Positions 7,786-17,518 of a DNA stretch of 64,000 bases are shown one piece after another. Both the position numbers and the translations under genes were made by a program. The notes beneath the pieces are model-generated. The model had not been told where the DNA came from, searched no databases, and saw only the letters and a list, made by a program, of their open reading frames with translations. Position 1 is the stretch's first letter; every line of letters begins with the position of its first letter. The stretch covers positions 3,488,001-3,552,000 of the forward strand of contig OZ245365.1 in the NCBI GenBank assembly GCA_965226495.1, written 5' to 3'. This DNA comes from Candidatus Marinacidobacterales bacterium. Its GTDB lineage: Bacteria; Acidobacteriota; Vicinamibacteria; Marinacidobacterales; DATDRI01.

Positions 7786-9751
7786 GGTGAGGTTAGTAGC
7801 GAGCGCTTTCCGTAACTATGGCACCCTTGTCCTATCCCTCCTACCCACTCCCCTACTAGTGTTTGTCTCATCCTCGAACGCCATTTACCTGAAGAATCAG
7901 AGCTTGCTGCAGTACCAGTATGAGGTCCTCACACCTTTCGCCAAGATTTCGGCCCTGACGCTCTTCGTCGGCATCACGTTAGCCGCTCTCTCAAGGTTCA
8001 ATCGGCTTTTCCACTATGGTCTGTGGGCCTACTATTTGGCGGCCCCCCTTTTCCTCCTCTTCGGTTTCTTCCGACCTCTTCAAACCCAGCTGCCAGGCGT
8101 AAGCGTGCTGTACCAAACGATGGGCGGACTCCTTTTCTGGCCCGCCCTTCTTCTCGTGGCAACCCTCTTTCTGGGACGAAGTTTGAAACCACCGGCTCTG
8201 ATCACGCTGAAGAGGGCCTTCGCAGTATTCGGACTCGCCCTCTTCGCCTACGAGACGGGGGCGTTGCTTTATAACGTCCTGCTTCGCACAGCCCCAGACA
8301 CCGAGGTCGCCCAGTACCGGCAACCATCGGACACCGGAAACGGATTACCCAACATTTACCATCTGATCTTCGACGCCTATCAGACCGATCTGTTCGAGCA
8401 CACTTTGTCCCCCGAAGCCAAGGAATCGTTAGGAGGGTTCTCCTACTTCCCCGCCACAACCGCCATATCCGCGTACACGCCCATGTCTCTGGCCTCGATC
8501 TTCTCCGGCCGCCGGTTTTTTTATGACCAAGCCCGCGCCGACTACATCACTTCGGCGTTCGGTTCCGAGAAATCGTTTCTCTATTGGCTCAAGTCGCAGA
8601 AGTACGAGATGGTGGGGTACGGAACGAACCCCTGGCGGCGGCGCGATCACTTCTTCGATCGCATGGTCACCCATGGAGACGCGGCGCGCGACGACCTCCT
8701 AGCACTCAATACCGAAGCCTTTCGGGACCTCTGGCTGTTCAGTCACATACCCGCCCCTTTGAAGCCCGCCGTCATGCGGACGAGCCTGTTCGCTCGGCTA
8801 GACGACCAGGACCTGAAGCTACTACAAGACGGGAGATTGTTACCGTACTCGGCACCGGTGACGTCTTACATCGGCTTCAGGAGGATGATGGCTGAGGAAG
8901 AGAGCCTCTCGTCTACCGGGCGGTACACCCTCGTGCACGTCGTGATTCCTCATCATCCTCTCAAGTTGGGAGCCGATTGCACCTACACCCTGGGTTCGAC
9001 GAGAACCGGAGTCATCGAGCAATCCAAATGCGCGCTCAAGCTGGTCTTGGAGTTCGTCGATCATCTCGAGAAGCTACGCCGCTTCGACGATTCTTTGATA
9101 CTCATCCACGGCGACCACGGCGGTCCGTATCGCACCAAAAACGGCGAATTGGTCACCGAGGCCCGATCCCGGTCTTTGAGCACCGTCTTACTCATCAAAC
9201 CGATGGGACAAGCGAAGACCGGTGGCCTCCAAGTCTTGGACTCAGAGATGAGCCTCATGGACGTTCCGTCCATTGTGATTGGCTCGGTCGCCGAAGCGCG
9301 GTTAGGCGAGCCGCGAACAGCCCCTTGGGATTTGAGCCAACGATTCGTCCCCTTCGTCCAAGGTGAGCTCTTCGAATCGGCGCAACTCATTTTGAAACGG
9401 CAAGGATTCTCGCTCGGCGAGGTGAAGGAGAGCCCTAGCCAGAGCTACGCCGCGGGTACCGTCATCTCGCAGGAACCTCCCGCGTATCACGGAGGCTCCG
9501 ACACCTCAGAGATCGAGATCGTCCTCTCCACTGGCCATCCCGGCGGCTCCGACATCATGCCCGACTTCGTGGGTCGCGACATCGCCGAAGTGAGCTATTG
9601 GCTCGAGCAAAGGCGGCTCCCCACCTCCAGCATCCACCACGTCGTCCATGTGGGAGCTCCCGAGGGAATGGTGGTGCGCCAGACCCCCCGGGCCGGAGCC
9701 GGTACAAATGGCAGTGGGGAGATTGCTTTCTACGTGAGCAAGGGGAAGTAA
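7760..9751 (+). CDS. LtaS/sulfatase-like membrane hydrolase/transferase with two C-terminal PASTA domains (paralog A3); start may be GTG 7787
   Basis: PNIYHLIFDAY, YTPMSLASIFSG, HGDHGG; then VPFVQG...GTVISQEPPA...IVLSTG and MPDFVG...GMVVRQTPRAG...FYVSKG PASTA-type repeats. Confidence 0.8.
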   Translation: MNHVTGALEVRLVASAFRNYGTLVLSLLPTPLLVFVSSSNAIYLKNQSLLQYQYEVLTPFAKISALTLFVGITLAALSRFNRLFHYGLWAYYLAAPLFLLFGFFRPLQTQLPGVSVLYQTMGGLLFWPALLLVATLFLGRSLKPPALITLKRAFAVFGLALFAYETGALLYNVLLRTAPDTEVAQYRQPSDTGNGLPNIYHLIFDAYQTDLFEHTLSPEAKESLGGFSYFPATTAISAYTPMSLASIFSGRRFFYDQARADYITSAFGSEKSFLYWLKSQKYEMVGYGTNPWRRRDHFFDRMVTHGDAARDDLLALNTEAFRDLWLFSHIPAPLKPAVMRTSLFARLDDQDLKLLQDGRLLPYSAPVTSYIGFRRMMAEEESLSSTGRYTLVHVVIPHHPLKLGADCTYTLGSTRTGVIEQSKCALKLVLEFVDHLEKLRRFDDSLILIHGDHGGPYRTKNGELVTEARSRSLSTVLLIKPMGQAKTGGLQVLDSEMSLMDVPSIVIGSVAEARLGEPRTAPWDLSQRFVPFVQGELFESAQLILKRQGFSLGEVKESPSQSYAAGTVISQEPPAYHGGSDTSEIEIVLSTGHPGGSDIMPDFVGRDIAEVSYWLEQRRLPTSSIHHVVHVGAPEGMVVRQTPRAGAGTNGSGEIAFYVSKGK

Positions 9752-10038
9752 TCGGGGGCTTCGATAAGCAGTCCGAACGGCAAGTCAAACCAAACTCTTC
9801 GCGTTCTTGCTAGAGCAAGCCGAGGCAAGAGGGGGTCGAGCGGTGCTGGAGGCGCGAATGCGGAACGACAAGAGTGCTCGAAGGGAAACGCCGTGAGCAC
9901 CGCGGCGTCCCTGGGAACCGCAATCTCCGAGGCGGCGGCTACGGCACGCGGGCCCGTCGAGACCTCGATATGGCCTGTCGCACCGGTCGGCTCGTCGCTC
10001 ATGCTGGCCGCAAACCGATCGGAGTCTTGAACCACGAG

Positions 10039-12426
10039 ATGTGGCGAGGCTCGGCTCGGCGCCTCGTCACGCTAGCCCAGGGCGGTCCATGGCTGGCGTA
10101 TCTCGCTCATCTTTTCGTCGCATGCTGGGCCTTTGGCGGCCTGCTGTTCGGCGGTCGCGTGCTCTTCTTTCGCGACCTCTCTCTCTACTACTACCCGAAC
10201 TACACATTCCTGGACCGATCGCTGGCGCAAGGGATCTGGCCCGTTTGGAACCTGATGGTCGATGGTGGAATACCGTTCCTCATCACCGATCCGGTCGACC
10301 TTGCACTCGTCGGCATCTTCGGAGCCGACGCAGCTATGACGCTGGGGCCACCGATCCTTCTTTGGGTCGCAATGTGCGGAGCGACGTCACTCGCGCGTCA
10401 ACTCGGCGTCGACGGCTGGGGGAGCTGGACAGCAGGCGTGTTCTATGGCCTCTCCGGTGCGCTGCTCTCAACGGTTAATCTGGTCGAACTGTTTCACGGG
10501 GCGAGTTGGGCACCATGGGTGGTTGTAGCATTCCTGCGCTTCTGGAGTGCACCGAGCCCGGGCCGCATTGCCGCCCTCGCGTTGGTGGGGGCGGTTCAGA
10601 TTGCTACCCTCTCCGCAGAGGTCCTACTCCAGGCCGCGGCGGTGGGTCTGGCGCTCGCTCCTGGCTGGCCGCGGCCGCGGCACGTCTTTGGCCTGATCGG
10701 AGCGGTGCTTGCTGCTACACTGCTGGCCGCTCCAGCGCTACTCGGAGCGCGAGCACTCTTGGCCGGGACCGCGCGCGAAGCGGGCTTCCCGCATGAAGTC
10801 TCCTTCGCTTGGTCAGCGAAGCCGCTCATCTTCTTGGAGGTGGTGTTTCCACACTTCTTCGGCGACGTACACACGATGACCAACGTGGGTTTCTGGGGAC
10901 AGGAACAGTTTCCGAACGGCATCCCTTACCTGCTCAGTCTCTACCTTGGGCCGGCGGTTCTCATGCTCGTCGCTATGGCGGGTCGACGTGGCACGCGGCT
11001 TTACGTGGTGGTTGTTCTGGGCATCCTTCTGGCCCTAGGTGACTCCGGGCCGTTGGAACCGATCATGGTGCCCTGGATGAAATCGCTTCGAGTCCCGCTC
11101 AAGTTCTTCCTCGCGTCGAACCTGGCGCTCTGCTTGCTCGCCGGGCTCGGGCTCGATCGCGTCGCCCGCCGCGGGGGCGGTGCAAGATGGTGGCTGGCCG
11201 GACCTGGTGTGCTCATGCTACTCACCGGAGCGGTCATCAAGATCTGGCCCACGCTGCCGCTGCCGCTCATCGACGCGGTCGCGCCAGGCGCCGGCTCGCG
11301 CGCTGCACTTGTGATCGCAAACGCTTGGCCGCACGACTTTCTGGTCACCGGAGTACTGGCCCTCGGCGCGGGCCTGGCGCTCAGCGCCGGGCGGCGTTTG
11401 GTGCCCTTGGCCGCGGTGCTCGCGGTACTCGACCTCGCGATCGTCAACGAATCGATCAATACATCAGCGCCTGCCGACTTCTACAAGCTGCGAACAGAGA
11501 TCGCCTCGCAGATCGCTGAGACGCAGCGTGAAGGGAGTTTCCGCTGGTTCTCGTATGGCGTTGCCTACTCCCCGGGATTGTCCTTTTCTTCAGACTTGTT
11601 GCGGCGAAACTCGGACGTCTGGCTATTCTATCTCGACCGCCAGACGTTGCTGGCGCGTACCCAAGCCCTCGACGGTTTCGAGTCGGCCCTCGGACTCGAC
11701 CGGGTGGGCTGGGCGCCGCCAGGTACCACGCTCACGATCGACGAGATGACCCCGAAGCGATTCCGCGACTACTACCCGCGGCTGCGGATGGCGAACGTGC
11801 GCTGGGTCGTTTCGTTTCACGATCTGCCCGAGGAGCTGGTCTCGGAGAGGGCCAAGATCAACCTGCCGGAGGTGCGCCAGCCCTTACGGCTTTTCGAAGC
11901 TCGCGATCCGTTGCTTCGAGCGTTTTGGGTGGGGAGCTACGAGGTGTTCCCGAACCCTTCCGCACTTCAAGCCAGGCGGAGCGAGCCGGGGTTCGACCCT
12001 CATCGCGTCGTCCTTTTGGAGCAGCGACCACCACCCGTAGCAGCCGGAGAATTGGGCACCGCGAGCTACCAGCCCTTGGATCCCCACACCATCCGTGTGC
12101 ACTCGGACGGTGCCCCGGGATTCATCGTGGTCCTCGACAATTTCCACCCAGCGTGGGTGGCAGAGCGAAATGGGAAGCCGAGCCCGCTCCTCCGCGCGAA
12201 CGGTCAGTACATCGCCATACCCACCCCTGGCGGCTCGCAGGAAATCACGCTGCGCTTTCGCCCCGACTGGCGGCGGCGCGCGCTGGTGGCCACCTCCCTC
12301 GGCGTGGTCCTGACCCTTGCCCTGGCGCTCGCCGGCGCCAGAGAAAAATGGAGATCACCTCGCGGGCACAAGCGAGAGTCTCAGGGATGGAGCCTGCCGA
12401 CGCCGCCCCCTACTCGAGGCGAGTAA
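10039..12426 (+). CDS. YfhO-like polytopic membrane protein (putative GT-C glycosyltransferase)
   Basis: FFRDLSLYYYP...WPVWN...GGIP N-terminal loop, many TM helices, LRVPLKF, C-terminal VVLDNFHPAW...LRANG...ITLRF domain; start chosen at ATG 10039 within ORF 9874-12426. Confidence 0.72.
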   Translation: MWRGSARRLVTLAQGGPWLAYLAHLFVACWAFGGLLFGGRVLFFRDLSLYYYPNYTFLDRSLAQGIWPVWNLMVDGGIPFLITDPVDLALVGIFGADAAMTLGPPILLWVAMCGATSLARQLGVDGWGSWTAGVFYGLSGALLSTVNLVELFHGASWAPWVVVAFLRFWSAPSPGRIAALALVGAVQIATLSAEVLLQAAAVGLALAPGWPRPRHVFGLIGAVLAATLLAAPALLGARALLAGTAREAGFPHEVSFAWSAKPLIFLEVVFPHFFGDVHTMTNVGFWGQEQFPNGIPYLLSLYLGPAVLMLVAMAGRRGTRLYVVVVLGILLALGDSGPLEPIMVPWMKSLRVPLKFFLASNLALCLLAGLGLDRVARRGGGARWWLAGPGVLMLLTGAVIKIWPTLPLPLIDAVAPGAGSRAALVIANAWPHDFLVTGVLALGAGLALSAGRRLVPLAAVLAVLDLAIVNESINTSAPADFYKLRTEIASQIAETQREGSFRWFSYGVAYSPGLSFSSDLLRRNSDVWLFYLDRQTLLARTQALDGFESALGLDRVGWAPPGTTLTIDEMTPKRFRDYYPRLRMANVRWVVSFHDLPEELVSERAKINLPEVRQPLRLFEARDPLLRAFWVGSYEVFPNPSALQARRSEPGFDPHRVVLLEQRPPPVAAGELGTASYQPLDPHTIRVHSDGAPGFIVVLDNFHPAWVAERNGKPSPLLRANGQYIAIPTPGGSQEITLRFRPDWRRRALVATSLGVVLTLALALAGAREKWRSPRGHKRESQGWSLPTPPPTRGE

Positions 12427-12464
12427 CCTCACTAAAGATCCAGCCGGACAAAACCACACTGGCG

Positions 12465-14360
12465 TTAGATCCACTCTCCTTCCGTCGTCGTTCCGCTTTC
12501 CGGCCGGGCCGGCAAACTCAAGACGAAGGTCGTGCCGTCTCCGGGCTTGGACTTCACTTCCACCTCGCCATTGTGGGATACCACGATCTTCTGCACGATC
12601 GAAAGCCCTAGGCCGGTGCCCTCGGACTTGGTGGTGAAGAAAGGCGAGAAAATGCGCGGGAGGTCTTTCCCTAGGATACCCGGGCCGTTGTCCGACACGC
12701 GAACGAAGGCCAAGCCGTTGTGCCCCCCGGTCTCCAGGTGGACCTCTCCCGCTTCGCCGCTATCCTTTGCGGCCGCTGCCTCGATGGCGTTTAACATGAG
12801 GTTGGACACCGCTTTTCTCAGAAGCATCTCATCGGCTTCCACCAGGAACGATTGAGCCTCCAACGTTAGTTGTACCTTCGCGGCGCGGACCTGAGGCTCG
12901 AGGTCGCGGGACAGATCTCGGGCCATTTCCGCCATGTCGAAGGGAACCGCGCGCACAGTTTCCGGCCGTGCGAACTGCAGAAACTCCGTGACCACTCGAC
13001 TGAGCGACGAGCATTCTTCAACCAACGCGTCGACGACCGTATCGTGTTCTTCGGAAGACACCGATTGCCTGAGGAGCTTGGCGTTTCCGAGGATGGTGGC
13101 CAGACTGTTGCGAAACTCGTGGGCGATTCCGGCCGCCATCTCGCCGAGACTGGCCAAGTTGTCCTTGATGAAGAGTCGCTCGCGAAGCTCCATGACCTCG
13201 GTTAGATCGGCAAAAAGACACAGCGCCCCTCGCACCTTTCCTTCCGTCGATGGGAGGGGCAGGACGCTTGTCCCCAAGTGGATCGATTCGCCAGACTGGC
13301 ATTGGTAGTCGACTCGACGCCGAAGCGACTGCGATCCCTCGCCGAGCGCTCGAGCCATCCATCCGACAAGCACTTGAGAACCGGGCAGCGCTTCCCGAAA
13401 GCTCTTGCCCTGAAACGATTGCGCGTCCGCGCCGAAGATTCTCTCCGCCGCTGGGTTCACCAGGACGACCCGACCTGCCTCGTCGAGACTAACAAGGCCG
13501 GTGGTCATACTCTGGATAATGTCGGTGGCCAGGGCCTCGGTCTCGTCCGCTCGCGCCTTCTCCATTCGATGCATCTCGGCGAGCTGTTTCTCCTTTTCTT
13601 TCAGCTTCGCTACGACATCCCGAAACGTGGAGAGAAGGAATTGGCCTTCGTCCTCGGCAGCTGAAGTCACCGCCGAATCTCCGGCCACCGAGCGGGCCTC
13701 CGCGACAAGCCGGCGATGGGGGGCGAGGAGACTGTTAAGAAACAGAACGAGGGTCAGTAGCACCAGGCTGAGTGCCGAGACCTGGTAGACGAGCGTGGAG
13801 CGGAAGCTGCGATTCACCTCCGCCAGCGACGACGCCGGGAACTGGACACGAAGCACGCCTCGTGCGGTCCCGTCCGGATACCTCAGGGCGAGGTAACCGA
13901 ATGCGGTAGCACTTTCCGGCTGGTAGGCGGGAGAGACCTCGGTCATGGTCCACCCGCGATCGACCAGCCGATACTTCCCCACTCGATCCAATCGATCGAA
14001 ATCGAGTACATCTGAGAGCCGACAATCCGACGAGCCGGCGAGGATCCTCCCGTTCCAATCCAGCAGGCAAGCCGAAGCAGCGCTGTGTTCTTCCGCCAAC
14101 GCTTGGAGAAACTCGGAGAGGCGGGCGGATCGCTGGAATCGGTCCGCAGCGGCGGGGCTCCCTGCTGGCGCCAGCACGGTTGCTAGACGGGAGGCCATGA
14201 GCTCCGCCTTCGATCGAGCGGCCGCGTCGAAGGCGGTGGTGAGAGTCTTGCGCGATGTATGCGAGAAGTGAAGACTCTGGCTGTTGACGATCACCAGGAC
14301 GATGATCAGGAACGCCAGAAACAGCCGGACCCGATTCTCGTGAGAAATAAAGTCGGCCAT
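12465..14360 (-). CDS. PAS-domain sensor histidine kinase
   Basis: Two TM segments, PAS (VNPAAERIFG), H-box AGIAHEFRNSL, N/G boxes NLMLNAIEA, DNGPG, FFTTK, GTGLGL. Confidence 0.9.
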   Translation of the reverse strand: MADFISHENRVRLFLAFLIIVLVIVNSQSLHFSHTSRKTLTTAFDAAARSKAELMASRLATVLAPAGSPAAADRFQRSARLSEFLQALAEEHSAASACLLDWNGRILAGSSDCRLSDVLDFDRLDRVGKYRLVDRGWTMTEVSPAYQPESATAFGYLALRYPDGTARGVLRVQFPASSLAEVNRSFRSTLVYQVSALSLVLLTLVLFLNSLLAPHRRLVAEARSVAGDSAVTSAAEDEGQFLLSTFRDVVAKLKEKEKQLAEMHRMEKARADETEALATDIIQSMTTGLVSLDEAGRVVLVNPAAERIFGADAQSFQGKSFREALPGSQVLVGWMARALGEGSQSLRRRVDYQCQSGESIHLGTSVLPLPSTEGKVRGALCLFADLTEVMELRERLFIKDNLASLGEMAAGIAHEFRNSLATILGNAKLLRQSVSSEEHDTVVDALVEECSSLSRVVTEFLQFARPETVRAVPFDMAEMARDLSRDLEPQVRAAKVQLTLEAQSFLVEADEMLLRKAVSNLMLNAIEAAAAKDSGEAGEVHLETGGHNGLAFVRVSDNGPGILGKDLPRIFSPFFTTKSEGTGLGLSIVQKIVVSHNGEVEVKSKPGDGTTFVLSLPARPESGTTTEGEWI

Positions 14361-14373
14361 GACTAAGTCTGCG

Positions 14374-15180
14374 CTAAAAGAGATTGAAGTACCAATCGAT
14401 CAGCGAGGGCCCGGCGAACAGCGTCCCCACCGCGGCCATCCCGAGAAACGTCCCGAAAGGAAGTGCCGTCTTGAGGTCCTTTCCTCGTGTGGCCATGAGC
14501 GCTATGCCGACTACAGACCCTAGGAGCGAACCGAAGAAGATCGTGAGCAGAACACCTTTCCAACCTACGAAGGCGCCCACCATGGCCATCATCTTCACGT
14601 CTCCCATTCCTAGCCCTTCGACCTTTCTTACTCTGAAGTAGACCTCGGCCACCCCATAGAGGAGGCCGGCTCCCAGCGCCGCGCCCGCCAAGGCCTGGGT
14701 TACGGCGATCGGCTCACGAATGGGTGCCAAGAGGAGGCCGATGAGAGTTCCCGGTATGGTGATCACGTTGGGAAGTATTCGATGGTCATAATCGATGAAT
14801 ACCAGGGCGAGCATCGCCGCAACGAACGCGAACTCGACTCCATACTCGACTCCGAAGCCGTGGCGCAGATACGCGGTCAAGGACGCGGCTCCCACCATCA
14901 GCTCAACCAAAGGGTAGCGGATCGAGATCGGAGCCTTGCAATGTCGACACCGACCCCAGAGCAGCAGGTAGCTCAGGACCGGAATGTTGTCATAAGGCGC
15001 GATCGGTTTCTTGCACTTGGGGCACGCCGAGGGCGGAAAAACAACCGACTCCTCCTGAGGCAAACGATGTATGAGCACGTTGACGAAGCTGCCCCAAACG
15101 AGCCCGAAGAGGGCGGCCAAGAAGGGTCCTAGCCAAGGGAGGTCCTTGAAGGCCGATGTGATGCCGCTGAGAAGGCTCAC
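14374..15180 (-). CDS. pilD: Prepilin peptidase (A24)
   Basis: GSFVNVLIHRLP, CPKC...CRHC zinc motifs, YPLVE, FID, GMGDVKM, PFG. Confidence 0.95.
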   Translation of the reverse strand: MSLLSGITSAFKDLPWLGPFLAALFGLVWGSFVNVLIHRLPQEESVVFPPSACPKCKKPIAPYDNIPVLSYLLLWGRCRHCKAPISIRYPLVELMVGAASLTAYLRHGFGVEYGVEFAFVAAMLALVFIDYDHRILPNVITIPGTLIGLLLAPIREPIAVTQALAGAALGAGLLYGVAEVYFRVRKVEGLGMGDVKMMAMVGAFVGWKGVLLTIFFGSLLGSVVGIALMATRGKDLKTALPFGTFLGMAAVGTLFAGPSLIDWYFNLF

Positions 15181-15228
15181 CCTTAGCCCGATCGTCTTCC
15201 TAATGGCGCCACTGGCTGAGGTGTCCGG

Positions 15229-16146
15229 TTACCGATCCGGCAATGCAGAGAGGAAGGAGTCTTCGGACACTTCCGCCTTCTCGTCGCGGGGGTTCAAAAC
15301 GTACGGCACGCCGATGGGATCCGCAGGCACCCGCCGCAAGTAGCCGGCCTCGACCATCTCCTGCCAGCTTTCCGGAAAGTGTCCTAACTGCTCTTCGTAT
15401 TTTCCGGCGAGCTTCGTTAAGACCTCGACCTGATCCAATGCGTCGAGCTGCTGCAGATGGATCTGGGCGTTGTGCCGCATTTGCTCGTTCTCCGCGGTCT
15501 CGTAGAGTATTTTCCACAACTCGCGCGCCGTGCGGCGTTCTCCGCCACGCGCCAACGTGCGTCCGGCAGTGGCCACCATCCAATAGGGCGCACCTGGAAG
15601 CTTGCTGCCCTTGAGAAAGATCTCGGCCGCAGTCTTGTAGTCTTTGAGAACCCAGAAATAGACGAAGCCCTTGTCCAAGTAAAAGCGCCAGTGGTCGGGG
15701 TTGTTCTCGATTCCCTTGTCGATCAGACTCAGGCCCTTGAACGGCACACCGGCTCCCGTCGGCCAGGGCTCCGACAACAGAGTCGCGCCGTAGGTGTAGG
15801 CGACCTTCAGATGCGGGTCGAGGGTGGTAGTAATGTCGAGCAGCGGCTCGAGCAAGTCGAACCTCTTCTCCGTAGAATAAAGACGCTGCCCACCAAAGTA
15901 CTGAACGGCCCGGAGCCAGTATAGGTCGGCGGCTAGGCTCTCGAAGCCGAGAAGCACCTTCTTTAGAGTTTCTCCGTCCTCGACATAGAGGATTTCCTCG
16001 GTGGCGCGGTACTCTCCAAATCGATCGTCGATGGCGACTTGGAGAAACCAAACGGCGACAAGGAGCTGGGAGAGAACCACGAGAAGGATGAAGCCTTGGG
16101 AAAGCCCGGGTCGGCTCGACGGCGCCTTTTCGGTCAACTCGGTCAC
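15229..16146 (-). CDS. Membrane-anchored TPR-like pilus accessory protein
   Basis: N-terminal TM, ADLYWLRAVQYFG, TTLDP, GIENNPDHWR helical repeats, C-terminal P.DP.G.PY; sits in the pilin-ABC gene block. Confidence 0.7.
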   Translation of the reverse strand: MTELTEKAPSSRPGLSQGFILLVVLSQLLVAVWFLQVAIDDRFGEYRATEEILYVEDGETLKKVLLGFESLAADLYWLRAVQYFGGQRLYSTEKRFDLLEPLLDITTTLDPHLKVAYTYGATLLSEPWPTGAGVPFKGLSLIDKGIENNPDHWRFYLDKGFVYFWVLKDYKTAAEIFLKGSKLPGAPYWMVATAGRTLARGGERRTARELWKILYETAENEQMRHNAQIHLQQLDALDQVEVLTKLAGKYEEQLGHFPESWQEMVEAGYLRRVPADPIGVPYVLNPRDEKAEVSEDSFLSALPDR

Positions 16147-16727
16147 GAGCTCGTCTCGTTCGCCGCCTTCGTCAAGGCCACGACCTCCTCCACCTGCCGG
16201 TCGGTGAGCCCACCCACAACGTTCTCTTCCACCGTACCGCCGGGAGCGACCACGATGGTCTGTGGCACCTTATTGACTTTGTAGGCGTTCATGATTTCTT
16301 TACTTGGAAAGCGAATCGCGGGAAAGGTAAGTGCCTTCTTCTCGAGGAGCTCTTGCTCCCTTTGGTAACTTCCGAGGACGATACCAAGCACTAGCGCTCG
16401 GCCCTCCAATTCCAAGGCCATCCGGTTCCACTTGGGAACGGTCCTGGCACAAGTGCCGCAGGTGAGCGACATCAAGAACAAGTACGTCTTCGGTCCGTCG
16501 GGCGGAAAGTCGATCCGCTCCGACCCCCCGTCCAACCTCTCCGCCTCGAACGCAACCGCCTGTTCCCCCGGCTTCAAGTGCGAGAAGCCCTCAAGGGGGT
16601 GGCTCGCCCGTGTCTCGGCCGAGCTCGACGGCTCACTGGGGTGCTTTCCACTCTGCCAGACGTAGAGCTCGATCCCTCCTAGCGCAAGCAGAAGAAGCGC
16701 TACTGCCAGCCACCGCTTTCCCGTCAC
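16143..16727 (-). CDS. Membrane-anchored TlpA/MauD-like thioredoxin-fold protein
   Basis: N-terminal TM, TCGTC (CxxC), VPQT cis-Pro loop. Confidence 0.8.
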   Translation of the reverse strand: MTGKRWLAVALLLLALGGIELYVWQSGKHPSEPSSSAETRASHPLEGFSHLKPGEQAVAFEAERLDGGSERIDFPPDGPKTYLFLMSLTCGTCARTVPKWNRMALELEGRALVLGIVLGSYQREQELLEKKALTFPAIRFPSKEIMNAYKVNKVPQTIVVAPGGTVEENVVGGLTDRQVEEVVALTKAANETSS

Positions 16728-16740
16728 GTAGAACCAACTC

Positions 16741-17508
16741 CTACTTGAGATTCCGGCGGCTGAACACGACCGTCGCGATGATGAGCAAAATCGCGATGTA
16801 AGTCACGCCATAGGCGGTGGAGTAACCGAGCATCGCGAACGGCACCGGATCGCCGGAGACGACCCGAGACTTCACGTCGAAGTTTCGAAGGTTAGGCACC
16901 ACGTAGTAAACGATCTGAGTCAGCTGCGGCAAGAACCCCGACTCGACAACGCTATCGAGGTGCTTGAGCTCCGCCGAGAAATGCCCCACCACGTATAAGA
17001 ATCCGGTGAAGACCGCACTCAGAATAGACGAAGTGAACGTACTGAACAGAAGGGCCAGAGCCGTGAGAAGCGCCATCTCGAAGTATAGAAGGTAGATGGC
17101 TTTCAACAGCGCCGGTTCGAAGCTGCGGGTCATGGCAAACAAGAGCGCATAGAGCCCGACCGTCATGATTGTTACATTCACCGCGAGTGTTAGACAGAGC
17201 CCGCCATATTTCCCCAGGATGAAATGAACCCGCGAGATCGGTTTCGGCAATAGCGAGTAGAGAGTGCGTTTGTCCATCTCCTTCGAGACCAGGCCGATCC
17301 CGATGAAGATCGCGATCACCGATCCAAAGGCAGCAATCGACGCGAGCCCCAGATCCTTGATGATCTTGACTTCCTGGTAGACGGAGATCTGTCCCAACAC
17401 GTAGGAGCTGGCGATCATGATGAGCGCGAAGAGGACCAGGTTATAGAGCACCTTGTCGCGGACCGTTTCCCGGAAGGTATTCAGCGAGATGAAGGCGATC
17501 TTAGTCAT
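16741..17508 (-). CDS. ABC transporter permease (PilI-like)
   Basis: NTFRETVRDK, EMDKRTLYSLLPKPISR, GKYGG, multiple TM helices. Confidence 0.85.
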   Translation of the reverse strand: MTKIAFISLNTFRETVRDKVLYNLVLFALIMIASSYVLGQISVYQEVKIIKDLGLASIAAFGSVIAIFIGIGLVSKEMDKRTLYSLLPKPISRVHFILGKYGGLCLTLAVNVTIMTVGLYALLFAMTRSFEPALLKAIYLLYFEMALLTALALLFSTFTSSILSAVFTGFLYVVGHFSAELKHLDSVVESGFLPQLTQIVYYVVPNLRNFDVKSRVVSGDPVPFAMLGYSTAYGVTYIAILLIIATVVFSRRNLK

Positions 17509-17518
17509 GGCTCATGGC

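Noticed and set aside
7783-7815. TGA ending B2 is followed in frame by GEVSS, resembling the GEVS tail of B1, suggesting read-through
   Set aside because: No redox motif at the TGA and no convincing SECIS stem; the GAGGTG sequence is explained by the start region of A3.
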